In this document: piece by piece, positions 32,072-41,293 of the stretch | Layout: every line of letters begins with the position of its first letter | Numbering within the stretch: the first letter of the stretch is position 1 | Assembly (NCBI GenBank): GCA_965249485.1 | Contig: OZ252239.1 | Span: forward strand, 832,001-896,000 | Direction: 5' to 3' | Length of the DNA: 64,000 nt | DNA from: a bacterium | GTDB taxonomy: Bacteria; SM23-31 | Translations under genes and position numbers: made by a program | The notes under the pieces: model-generated | Told to the model about the DNA's origin: nothing | Seen by the model: only the letters and a program-made list of their open reading frames with translations | Database searches by the model: none

Positions 32072-32542
32072 ATGAGCAGAAATATGCGGTCTGTTGAACC
32101 GAAGGATATTACTGTCAAAGAGATTTACAGTTTTTTGCTTGGCGCCGTTGCGCCGAGGCCGATTGCACTTGTTTCCACGATTTCCGAAGACGGCGTCCAT
32201 AATCTTGCCCCGTTTTCATTTTTTAACGCAATGGGATCTAATCCCCCGGTTGTTTGTTTTTCTCCGTCGCGTAGAACCGGAGAGAATCCATTGAAGGATA
32301 CCTACAATAATCTCGCTGCAACGAAAGAGTGTGTAGTACAGTCAATTACGGGCAATATTAAACAGGAACTTACCCCCCGTCATATTCCAGCTGTTATCAG
32401 GCAGATAGATGAAGTTCCCGTCACGCTAAACGGCAAAAAAGTTGAACTAGCGGTCACGCGTATCCTTAACTGACAGGAAATAACCAATAGATCAGCCCTT
32501 GCCAATCCCGAGTCATTAGAGCAGTTTCGCGGTTTGATGTAA
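32072..32542 (+). pseudogene. Chimeric remnant: flavin reductase-like N-terminus fused to acetoacetate-CoA ligase C-terminus, with internal TGA
   Basis: VAPRPIALVST, NLAPFSFFN, KDTYNN, then switch near 32345 to LTPRHIP..PVTLNGKKVELAV..N*QEITNRSALANPESL. Confidence 0.75.
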
Positions 32543-32910
32543 CATGACTGCTAATTTTAAATATTGCTCTTCTGTGGCGCAAACGGTGTGTTCTCAGTAA
32601 ACTCATTTTATAACTCCTTAATATTTTTATTTCAACGTTGTTGTAAAGTCCCTACACTTATAGAGACGGATACTAAAACAAAATGTTTCACTTTAATTTA
32701 TGTTTTATAAGATTTGCTTATTCTGCGATAATCCTTAATGGAGAGGAAATAACCAACAGAACAGCCCTCGACAATCCCGAGTCATTAGAGCAGTTTCATG
32801 ATTTGGTGTCACATGACTGCTAATTTTAAATATTGCTCTTTTATGCCGCAAAGCGTGTGTTATTAGTAAACTCTTTTTAACTCTCCTAATTTGTTATATA
32901 TTATTTCAAT
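32462..32910 (+). repeat. Diverged tandem duplication (~175 bp units at 32462-32635 and 32731-32910)
   Basis: Shared CAATCCCGAGTCATTAGAGCAGTTTC and ACATGACTGCTAATTTTAAATATTGCTCTT blocks at offset 269. Confidence 0.85.
32664..32690 (-). promoter_or_regulatory. Orphan SigW-like ECF promoter TGAAAC-N16-CGTCT
   Basis: Consensus match on minus strand, followed by AAGGAG RBS and ATG at 32606. Confidence 0.5.
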
Positions 32911-33187
32911 TTTTTTCATCAATTGTATTGTAAATATATCTACTGACAATTTTTGTGCCATATTTGTTGTGCAGGTGTGCTGAGCACAATTCCCTATCGA
33001 ATTTAACTGCAAAGTATACGTTGGCAGAACATTCAATGTATGCTAACGGACACTTTTGAAGGTGTTGGATGGACCTTTGTGTTAATTGAGAATGCTTAAT
33101 AATGAGAGTTCGTTATACACTTAAAGCGGTGAAAAAGTTTGGCAAGGTATACATTGTTGACAGTAGAACAAGTAAGATACTAAAGTA

Positions 33188-33853
33188 TTATTCACCTTCT
33201 TCATATACCGGTGGAGGTGTGAAATACGGGTGGCACTGGAAGCAGTCTTTTTTATCCTCATCTTCCACATCGGTCAATGTTTTATTAAAGCGGGGATTAA
33301 ACTGACCGTTATGGCAGACACCGCAGTCATTAAACATAAAAGGCCAATTCGTTTTATATTTACCGACAAATTCGGGATCACGGTGTGTGATTTCGCGGTG
33401 ACATTCAACACATTCGATCTTTTCGCGCTCGACATGGGTCCGATGTGCCATGATGAGTCCTTGTCCTTTAAGAGTATTGTCAGGCAGATCGTACCAACCC
33501 ATCTCATTAAAATAAAGAATCGAGTTATGGCAGCCCATACAATTTTCCGTAGAAATTGGAAGTGGTTCCTCGTGGGGACTCAATTCGTTCCCGCGTGTAA
33601 TAGCTACATAAAGGTCGTGTACTCCCATAACCTGTGCTTTGAGCGCTCCTTTGATTCCCGGTTCAATATGGCAATCAACACAGTTGATGGTTTGATGGGT
33701 TCCTTTTGCCCAGGTAATTTCCTGATCAACATGGCATGAACCGCATGCCATATTTGTTTCGGATATAGTGACAGTAGTCCCATAGAGAGCAATTAGTCCG
33801 AAAAATATAATGATATTTGTATTGGAGAAGAGTTTCTTTGCAGGAATTTTCAT
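33188..33853 (-). CDS. Membrane-anchored hexaheme cytochrome c (NapC/NirT-like N-terminus)
   Basis: N-terminal TM helix; CGSCH, CVDCH, CMGCH, CVECH, CGVCH, CFQCH. Confidence 0.9.
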   Translation of the reverse strand: MKIPAKKLFSNTNIIIFFGLIALYGTTVTISETNMACGSCHVDQEITWAKGTHQTINCVDCHIEPGIKGALKAQVMGVHDLYVAITRGNELSPHEEPLPISTENCMGCHNSILYFNEMGWYDLPDNTLKGQGLIMAHRTHVEREKIECVECHREITHRDPEFVGKYKTNWPFMFNDCGVCHNGQFNPRFNKTLTDVEDEDKKDCFQCHPYFTPPPVYEEGE

Positions 33854-33873
33854 GGTCTTGCTGCCCCTGTATA

Positions 33874-33912
33874 TAATTCGGGGAAAGTAGTATCAGTACC
33901 TTCCCCGAATTA
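33874..33912. other. Strong intergenic stem-loop
   Basis: TAATTCGGGGAAAGTA-N7-TACCTTCCCCGAATTA; no U-tract on the minus strand; second hairpin TTGAGTCG/CGACTCAA at about 33923-33940. Confidence 0.6.
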
Positions 33913-33963
33913 ATAAAGTGTTTTGAGTCGACCGACTCAAATTAAAATACCTGAGTTACCGCT

Positions 33964-34582
33964 TTATTGAGCGTCGATCAGTTTATCAAGTTTTTTCTCC
34001 AGACCAATCGGATCGGACCACGGCTGAAAGAGCGCCGCTTTTCCTTCTCTGTCGATGAGGAGCATGCTGTTCGGAGCACCGCCTCCCAGCGTATTCTGAA
34101 GGTTGTCCTTTGCAAAGCCGTCAATGATGATCGGGCGTTTCAGGCCGTGATCCTCAACAAGAATCTTGGCATAATTGACCCGGTCATCGACAGTTTTGGT
34201 CTGTTTCCGGTCTGAGAAGTCGTAACTCCGCATCTTCTCTCCGGCATGAGGCTCCTGTGTGTAAACCGTATAGAACTCGACGTCTTTATCCTTAGTATTT
34301 TTCGTACAGTGCATCCATATCAGGTATTTTCCCTAAGTAGGGCGGTCAAGTACAAGCTCCCATCTCGAGAACGAGGATTTTTCCCCGTTTGTCTGAAAGC
34401 TTGAAATTACCACCGTCATACGTTATGCGCTCAAAATCTCCGATAACAGAACCGATATCTGGTCCTTTCCAGAAACTCCAGTCGGCTTGCATCCGCTGCC
34501 GCCTGTTTTGCGCTGACCCCATATCAAAGACGGTCATAATCCATACTGCACACAAGAAGCCAATAATGAGCAGTCTTCTCAT
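33964..34582 (-). CDS. Exported deiodinase-like thioredoxin-fold selenoprotein (UGA=Sec at 34348-34346); +1 frameshift at about 34294
   Basis: Signal peptide; LVLEMGACT-UGA-PPY matches deiodinase GSCTUPP; after removing one base it reads YEKYKDKDVEFYTVYTQEPHAG (F..VY..EAH-like) ...GGAPNSMLLIDREG. Confidence 0.82.
34315..34345 (-). promoter_or_regulatory. Candidate bacterial SECIS hairpin
   Basis: Directly 3' of the UGA: UUAGG-GAAAAUA-CCUGA short stem; folded by eye only. Confidence 0.4.
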
Positions 34583-34870
34583 ATCTGGCCTCCTGATTAC
34601 AAGTTAGTGAGCTGTCATTAGTGAACAAAAATAATAATTATTGTAATAATTACAAACATTTTTTATATATAATAGTATCCCGAAAAACTTTTTTTGATGA
34701 AAACTGTATTCCGATTGTATTACATATTCGCACTATGCACTACTACATTTATACGAATCAATTTATTTAATAACTGAAAAATATATATTTGATTGCTAAT
34801 TGTTTCTTCATTATAATAATGCATTCCAACCATTCTGTTAATACACAATCCTCGCATATAAGGAACGAAA

Positions 34871-36661
34871 ATGAAGATGCGCCTATCGCATAGCTGCTCG
34901 AACAGCATCAAGTCAGAAGAGCAGTCGTCTTTAAGGTACACAGTTTTTGTACAGTCATTAAACATTGTAATGATACTCGTATTGTTTCTGTCTCTGAATG
35001 TATCGAATGTTCAAGCTTATACTCCATGTGAGAAAAAGAGCCAAATGCAGTTTGTGTCAAGAAAATTAGCGGTGCTGCCACTTGAAAACCGGGGGATGCA
35101 GTCGGACGACTATTTAGCCACCGGCATAACATATGAATTAATCGATCTGTTGTCATATGTAGGCAGTCTGCAGATTATCGGTAGAACAAGCTCATCCCAT
35201 TTTCAGGGACAAAACCGATCGTTGGCCGATGCAAAATCGAAACTTGGTGCAGATTATCTTGTTTTAGGAAATGTGAAGCGTGGTTTGGGTGGTTCCATAA
35301 CGGTAGAGTGGCAGCTGATAGAAACAGCCAGGAGTATTCCGCTTGTAACCACACGGTTTACTGAAGATGCGGGAGAGGTATTTACACTTTTGGCCAGAAT
35401 GGTTGAAAGAGTTGCAGACGAATTATCAATTGATTTGTCTAACGCGGAACAGGCGGCAATAAGGGAAATCCCAACCCAAAGCAGTAAAGCATTTGATTTT
35501 TATCTGAAAGGGATGCACGCACTTGAAATGGGAGAAAGCGAACAAGCAATCGGAACAGCGCTCTTGAATTTTAAAACTGCGTCTGAACTCGATCCCAATT
35601 TTGTGAAAATTCAGGGCACCGTATCTGTACTGATGGCACAGGAGTACTATAATGGTGATGGATGGTTCGATGCATTTCTCGAATCAGAGGAAGCATTAAG
35701 GCAGGCTATGGAGAGTGCACCTTTACATGTTTCCACGCAAATTGCAAAAGGGTATAATTACTATTACGGCTACAGCAATTTCGATGATGCAATTGACCTG
35801 TTTCATGAGGTGCTGACAGTCAAACCGAGCAGTCCCGCACTCCTGATTGATCTTGGCGACATTCTCCGAAGACAGGGTAAATGGGATGAGGCACTGCAAT
35901 CCTATCACTTGGCAGAAAATCTTGACCCGCTCAATGACCGGCTCTTCGGTTTAGGTCTCGGTCAGACAGCGCTTCTCATGCGTAGATATCAGGATGCAGA
36001 ACAGTATTATTCCAGAGCTATCGAACTTGCGCCTGAGAATCCTGAATACTATCGGCAAAAGGCACGACTCTATCTGAACTGGGAAGGATCGACAGAAAAA
36101 GCCCGCAATGTTGTAAATGATGCACTCCAGCACATGGAGCAAGACGAACTTGCCTTTATCGCTGCGAAAATCGAAATGATCGAAAAAAAATACGGGAGAG
36201 CATTGCAATTACTTGAGACGATGGAAGGTTCATCCGGGTATTTTCTCGAAAGTGCGCTGATATATAGCTTGATGGGTGATAAAGAACGGGCAGAAGAATT
36301 GTATGATGCTGCACGGATCGGTCTCTGGCCTATGCTTCAAACTTTCCCGGCCGAACCCGATTATCATGCACTGATCGGCATCACCTACGCAGGCATGGGA
36401 CTCGCCGATAAAGCGCGTGGCGAAGCAGATCAGGCGCATGAACTCCTTTCTGTGGAAGACGATGCCTACCAAGGTGCGGTAAATCTTGAAAATTGTGCTG
36501 TCATTTACACAATTGCGGGGGATGATGATTCGGCGCTTGATTTATTGGAAGAACTACTCGCAATCCCATCATGGATTTCAGATCAGCTCTTGCAAACCGA
36601 TCCGCTCTGGGCACCGTTGAGAGACAATGTACGCTTCAAAACACTTATAGCTCAAAATTAG
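34871..36661 (+). CDS. TolB-N/FlgO-like plus TPR repeat protein
   Basis: LAVLPLEN...GITYELIDLLS...IIGRTSS...LGADYLVLG, then TPR repeats, ends DPLWAPLR..VRF; start may be 34970 (signal-like). Confidence 0.8.
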   Translation: MKMRLSHSCSNSIKSEEQSSLRYTVFVQSLNIVMILVLFLSLNVSNVQAYTPCEKKSQMQFVSRKLAVLPLENRGMQSDDYLATGITYELIDLLSYVGSLQIIGRTSSSHFQGQNRSLADAKSKLGADYLVLGNVKRGLGGSITVEWQLIETARSIPLVTTRFTEDAGEVFTLLARMVERVADELSIDLSNAEQAAIREIPTQSSKAFDFYLKGMHALEMGESEQAIGTALLNFKTASELDPNFVKIQGTVSVLMAQEYYNGDGWFDAFLESEEALRQAMESAPLHVSTQIAKGYNYYYGYSNFDDAIDLFHEVLTVKPSSPALLIDLGDILRRQGKWDEALQSYHLAENLDPLNDRLFGLGLGQTALLMRRYQDAEQYYSRAIELAPENPEYYRQKARLYLNWEGSTEKARNVVNDALQHMEQDELAFIAAKIEMIEKKYGRALQLLETMEGSSGYFLESALIYSLMGDKERAEELYDAARIGLWPMLQTFPAEPDYHALIGITYAGMGLADKARGEADQAHELLSVEDDAYQGAVNLENCAVIYTIAGDDDSALDLLEELLAIPSWISDQLLQTDPLWAPLRDNVRFKTLIAQN

Positions 36662-36803
36662 ATGAGCTAATTTTTGAAACAACAATAGTTACAGTGATAC
36701 TATTAGTTTCTCAGATTATAAGAGATATGTAATCTCTGGACTGACATCTCCACATTACATACATATAAATGGAAATATTCTCCACTTGATATAAGGAGGG
36801 AAA

Positions 36804-38282
36804 ATGGTTCAAATGAGCAGACGTCGTGCACATTCGATCCTCAACATAATGTTCATAGGTTTGGGCATTCTTTTAACCTGCCTCAACCTTTTCGGGCAGG
36901 ACCCGTATGAGCAGGTGTCATCTACTGACAAACTGATCATACAGTATCCAACAGTTTATGCAATAACAAACGCCCGGATTGTTATCGGGACCGGGCAGAT
37001 GATCAGAAACGGTTCACTAGTACTCAAAGATGGCCTCATCGAATCGGTCGGGTCATCTATCTATGTTCCTGCCGAAGCAGAGGTGATCAATGCTGACGGA
37101 ATGACGGTCTATCCGGGATTTATCGATGTGCATACTGCTCTGGGATTTCATCCTCCCGAAAAAAGAGGCAGCGAATCAAATCAGGAAAGTCAGCAGGAAG
37201 ATAGTGACGCCTATCAACCAAAATCCGTGCAGTATGACAGAAATCTCAGACCTGATAAGACTGCACTGGCAGATATTGACTTTAACGACAGATTTTTAAA
37301 AGCTGCCCGTGAGTCTGGTATCACAACTGTGCTTTCGGTGAACCATCAGGGTATCTTTCCGGGAAAAGGTTCTGTAATCACAACTTTCTCCGATGAACCG
37401 ATCCTAAGTCTCATAAAGCCTTCATCCTATCAGTTTATTCAGTACTCCGCCCTCCGCGGAGGCTACCCGAACACACCCATGGGGGTCATAGCATTTCAGC
37501 GACAGACTCTCACCGATGCGTCCTATTATGCCGGGCTTGTAGATCGGTTCGACCGGAACGGCACGGGAATGCGTAGTCCTGTATTTGATCCGGTTTTGAG
37601 CAGCTTGTTTCCTGTTGTACAGGGTGATGAAACGATCATAATTCCCGTCAACACGGAAAATGAGATCAAAAAAGCGGTGCAGATTGCACAGAATTTCAAT
37701 CTGAATGTTATTTTAAGCGGTGTTGTTGAAGGTTATCGGGTTGTCAATTTGCTGAAACAGGCTAATGTTCAGGTCATTGTAAGCGTGAATTTTCCCGACC
37801 CGAAGAACGTAACAGGATATTCGTTCACAATGCCCATAAAACCATTTGAGGAACCACCGCCGCCCGATGAGGAAAAAAAGAATGATGACGACCCACCGCT
37901 CAAAGAGCTCAATGACCGGATAAAAGCACAATTGCACAGCAATGCTGCTGCGCTTAATCGTGCCGATATTTCATTCGTCCTTTCCGCTGGCGGGGCATTT
38001 GAAGATTCAATATCTGTTTATGAAAAATTTTTAACAAATGTCCGTCGTGCCATCGATGCCGGTTTGCCGGAAAGTAGTGCTCTTGCGGCAATGACCATAG
38101 GGCCTGCTGAGATGCTCGGTCTTGACAATACACTTGGAACTGTGGAATCAGGCAAAATGGCAAATCTGGTGATTACCGATGGTGATTTATTTGATGAAGA
38201 TTCGAAAATCCGCTATGTGTTCATCGAGGGTAAAATTATTGATTTGAGTCCCGACAGTTCGCAATCGGTGGAAAAAAATTAA
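36804..38282 (+). CDS. Exported amidohydrolase-fold protein (degenerate metal motif)
   Basis: PGFIDVHTALG, YPNTPMG, GKMANLVITDGD; AAGGAGG RBS. Confidence 0.85.
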   Translation: MVQMSRRRAHSILNIMFIGLGILLTCLNLFGQDPYEQVSSTDKLIIQYPTVYAITNARIVIGTGQMIRNGSLVLKDGLIESVGSSIYVPAEAEVINADGMTVYPGFIDVHTALGFHPPEKRGSESNQESQQEDSDAYQPKSVQYDRNLRPDKTALADIDFNDRFLKAARESGITTVLSVNHQGIFPGKGSVITTFSDEPILSLIKPSSYQFIQYSALRGGYPNTPMGVIAFQRQTLTDASYYAGLVDRFDRNGTGMRSPVFDPVLSSLFPVVQGDETIIIPVNTENEIKKAVQIAQNFNLNVILSGVVEGYRVVNLLKQANVQVIVSVNFPDPKNVTGYSFTMPIKPFEEPPPPDEEKKNDDDPPLKELNDRIKAQLHSNAAALNRADISFVLSAGGAFEDSISVYEKFLTNVRRAIDAGLPESSALAAMTIGPAEMLGLDNTLGTVESGKMANLVITDGDLFDEDSKIRYVFIEGKIIDLSPDSSQSVEKN

Positions 38283-38294
38283 CAGGAGATTCGC

Positions 38295-39641
38295 ATGCAA
38301 ATGAGAAATCAGTCTCTACTATTAATAGCTGCTGTTGTATGCATTCTTTGTGCTGGCTTAGTTCCTGATGCGTACAGTCAAGGCGACTTATATATAAACA
38401 ATGCCACTATTATTACCGGTACCGGAGAAACTATAGTCAACGGTTCGATCCTCATCCGTTCAGGTAAAATCGCCCGGATCGGCACTGGTTTCAGTGTCCC
38501 GGCAGGAATTCGGGTAATAGATGCAGCAGGTCTCTATGCAATGCCGGGAATCATTGACCACCATTCCCATATTGCGGCTAACGGGCTGAATGAAGCAACG
38601 TCGCAAAATTCTGCTATGGTGGATGCGTCGGATGTCATCCAGCACGATTCATACGGTATTTATGCCTCTCTGACCGGCGGCACGACGACAATCCATGTTC
38701 TGCATGGAAGCGCAAATAATATCGGCGGCAAAGACGAAGTCCTCAAACTGAAATGGGGACAGCCGTGGGAAGCGATGGTTGTGCCGGATAAGATGGAGGG
38801 AGTCAAGTTTGCACTCGGTGAAAATCCTATCAGGAGAGAGGCCCGCTATCCCAATTCACGTATGGGGCAGGAGTTTCAGATCCGAAGTTACCTGATGCAG
38901 GGGCTCGATTACAAAGCGAAATGGGATATGTACGAATCAAAACTCGCAGGAGATCTACCGCCGACAAATGAGTATGAGCGGTTAAACGGACCGGTACCAC
39001 CAAGAAAAGACCTCCGGCTCGAAACGGTTAAAGGCGTCCTGGAAGGTACAATTCGCGTTCACAGCCACGGCTATAGCAATTCCGAATTATCCATGCTTCT
39101 ACGTTTGTTACAAGAGTTTGGTATTGCGCCACACAGTCTTGAGCATGCGCACGAAGCCTATATGCTCGCCGATGAAATTGCCGAAGCAGAGACTGTTGTA
39201 TCGATGTTTATAGATTTTTGGAATTACAAAGTTGAATCTTCACAGGGGTCATTTTTTGCGGCATCATTGCTAACCGAGCGAGGTGTAAAGGTAGCATTAA
39301 ACTCAGACGATGTTGTTTCCGCCGAGCGTGCCCGGCGGTTGAATCTTGAAGCCGCGAAATCGATGCGGTATGGCGATGCGATGACGGAAACGGAAGCAAT
39401 CAGAGCTATCACCTATAATCCCGCGTACGGATTAAAACTTCACGAAAGGATTGGAACACTCGAAATCGGCAAAGATGGTGATGTCGGTTTGTGGGACGGC
39501 TATCCCCTCTCAGTTTACAGCAAATGTGTCAAAACAATTATTGAAGGCGATGTCTATTTCGATAGAGATACTGCACTAACGACTGAGAAGTGGCTCAAGG
39601 GAGAAAAACAGGACTGGAAAGCTATGAGAGGTGGCCAATGA
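38295..39641 (+). CDS. Exported amidohydrolase
   Basis: PGIIDHHSH, LHGSANNIGG, KFALGENP, VHSH, EHAHE, LNSD. Confidence 0.88.
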   Translation: MQMRNQSLLLIAAVVCILCAGLVPDAYSQGDLYINNATIITGTGETIVNGSILIRSGKIARIGTGFSVPAGIRVIDAAGLYAMPGIIDHHSHIAANGLNEATSQNSAMVDASDVIQHDSYGIYASLTGGTTTIHVLHGSANNIGGKDEVLKLKWGQPWEAMVVPDKMEGVKFALGENPIRREARYPNSRMGQEFQIRSYLMQGLDYKAKWDMYESKLAGDLPPTNEYERLNGPVPPRKDLRLETVKGVLEGTIRVHSHGYSNSELSMLLRLLQEFGIAPHSLEHAHEAYMLADEIAEAETVVSMFIDFWNYKVESSQGSFFAASLLTERGVKVALNSDDVVSAERARRLNLEAAKSMRYGDAMTETEAIRAITYNPAYGLKLHERIGTLEIGKDGDVGLWDGYPLSVYSKCVKTIIEGDVYFDRDTALTTEKWLKGEKQDWKAMRGGQ

Positions 39642-40963
39642 ATAAAGGATTTTGGGGATTTATCGTACTTGCAATTATGTTCAGGCTTGCCACAGCGGCA
39701 TACGGACAATATGCTGTAACAAATGCAACAATTGTTACCGTGTCGGGGGGTACTATAACAAATGGAACAATCGTGATTGAAGGAGACCGAATCGCCGCTC
39801 TTGGGACAGATATTACAATTCCACAAGGAATCGAAATGATTGATGCTTCAGGTTTGTATATCTATCCCGGAATGATCGGCACAAACACCAATCTTGGTCT
39901 TGCGGAACTGGGTGGCGTAACACAAACTCAAGACCAGCTTGAGATCGGTACCTACAATACATTTATCCGTGCATCGCAAGGTGTCAATCCGCATACAATA
40001 TTGAAAGGAATTGCCCGATGGAATGGCGTAACATCTGCAATTACCGTTCCCCGGACAGAGGAACAGGGAGTCTTTGCGGGACATGAAGTGCTTCTGAATT
40101 TAGACGGTTGGAGTGTTGATGAAATGACGGTACAGGACCCGCTAGCGATGCAGATGACGTTTCCGAACTTTATCCGGAGTTCAGATAGTAATAATGGAGA
40201 AGGCCCTCCAGGACAGCGGAGAGCCCGAGGTGACAGAAAGAATGGTCGCGATCGTGCCGAAAAAGTCCTGTCGGACGTTAAAGAATTGTTTGACAAAACA
40301 CGGCGCTATTCTCAGGCTCAAGCCGATTTTGAAGCACGAGAACGCTCGTCATATCCGGTTACCGATCTGACGTTGGAAGGATTGAAGCAGGTTGTGCAGA
40401 GAGAAATACCGTTAACGATTACCGTGAATGGTGTCGAAAACATCCGTGAAGCAATCACCTTTGTAAAAGAGACAGGAGTCCGTGCGGTTTTTGCAGGTGC
40501 ACGGGATGCCTATAAAATTGCCGGAGAAATCGCTGAAGCGGGGATTCCGATTCTCTATTCAGGACTACTCACAAGGGCCGATCAAAATAATCCTTACGAC
40601 CTCCACTTAACAGTCCCGTCGGTACTTCATGAAGCCGGAGTCACGATTGCTATGTCGATTGCAAATGCGTCTGATTTACAAAATCTTCCGTTTATAGCGG
40701 GAATGGCAGCCGCATACGGACTACCAAAGGACGTTGCTCTGAAAACAGTGACGCTCTATCCTGCTGAAATATACGGAATGGATGATAAGCTTGGAAGCCT
40801 CGAAGTGGGAAAAATGGCAAACATAGTTATTACAGATGGTGATCTGTTAGAACCTCGTACAAAGGTCATTCACGAATTTATCCGCGGGCAGAAAGTCGAC
40901 CTGTCAGATAATTACCAGTATCAGCTTTACGAAAAACACAGGAAACGCCCTGCTAAAAAATGA
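39638..40963 (+). CDS. Exported amidohydrolase-fold protein (lacks HxH)
   Basis: ATGA overlap with previous stop; PGMIGTNTNLGL, LGSLEVGKMANIV. Confidence 0.85.
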   Translation: MNKGFWGFIVLAIMFRLATAAYGQYAVTNATIVTVSGGTITNGTIVIEGDRIAALGTDITIPQGIEMIDASGLYIYPGMIGTNTNLGLAELGGVTQTQDQLEIGTYNTFIRASQGVNPHTILKGIARWNGVTSAITVPRTEEQGVFAGHEVLLNLDGWSVDEMTVQDPLAMQMTFPNFIRSSDSNNGEGPPGQRRARGDRKNGRDRAEKVLSDVKELFDKTRRYSQAQADFEARERSSYPVTDLTLEGLKQVVQREIPLTITVNGVENIREAITFVKETGVRAVFAGARDAYKIAGEIAEAGIPILYSGLLTRADQNNPYDLHLTVPSVLHEAGVTIAMSIANASDLQNLPFIAGMAAAYGLPKDVALKTVTLYPAEIYGMDDKLGSLEVGKMANIVITDGDLLEPRTKVIHEFIRGQKVDLSDNYQYQLYEKHRKRPAKK

Positions 40964-41022
40964 AAAGAATAATGGTTTATTGTGTATGCTCACATCAATC
41001 GGATAATTGTATAACCTCCTAA

Positions 41023-41235
41023 TTAGTCTGCTTTATTTTCGGTTTTTTTTGTTGTGAAGCACGGCATTTTCTCTAAGAAAGCAGAAAAATCAATTTTTCC
41101 TTTTTCTCCACCACAGCAGTCCGACATATTTTCGAACATATTTTGACAATCACCCATTGGAAAAGAGCCACTTTCTTCATTAGGGCAATTTTCAGATTTT
41201 TCTTTGTTCGAACCTAATATTTTTTGAAAAGTCAT
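41023..41235 (-). CDS. Small Cys/Met-rich protein (70 aa)
   Basis: Strong AAGGAGGTG RBS; five Cys including DCCGG. Confidence 0.7.
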   Translation of the reverse strand: MTFQKILGSNKEKSENCPNEESGSFPMGDCQNMFENMSDCCGGEKGKIDFSAFLEKMPCFTTKKTENKAD

Positions 41236-41261
41236 GATGTTTCACCTCCTTTCTATTCGTA

Positions 41262-41290
41262 TAGACGGAAGTGAAATAGAAAAGGATACA
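41262..41290 (-). promoter_or_regulatory. Putative ECF promoter TGTATCC-N16-CGTCTA
   Basis: Between the ECF sigma stop and the RBS of the small Cys-rich gene. Confidence 0.6.
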
Positions 41291-41293
41291 CTT

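Noticed and set aside
32471..32473. TGA as selenocysteine
   Set aside because: The duplicate copy has GGA (Gly) here and there is no redox motif.
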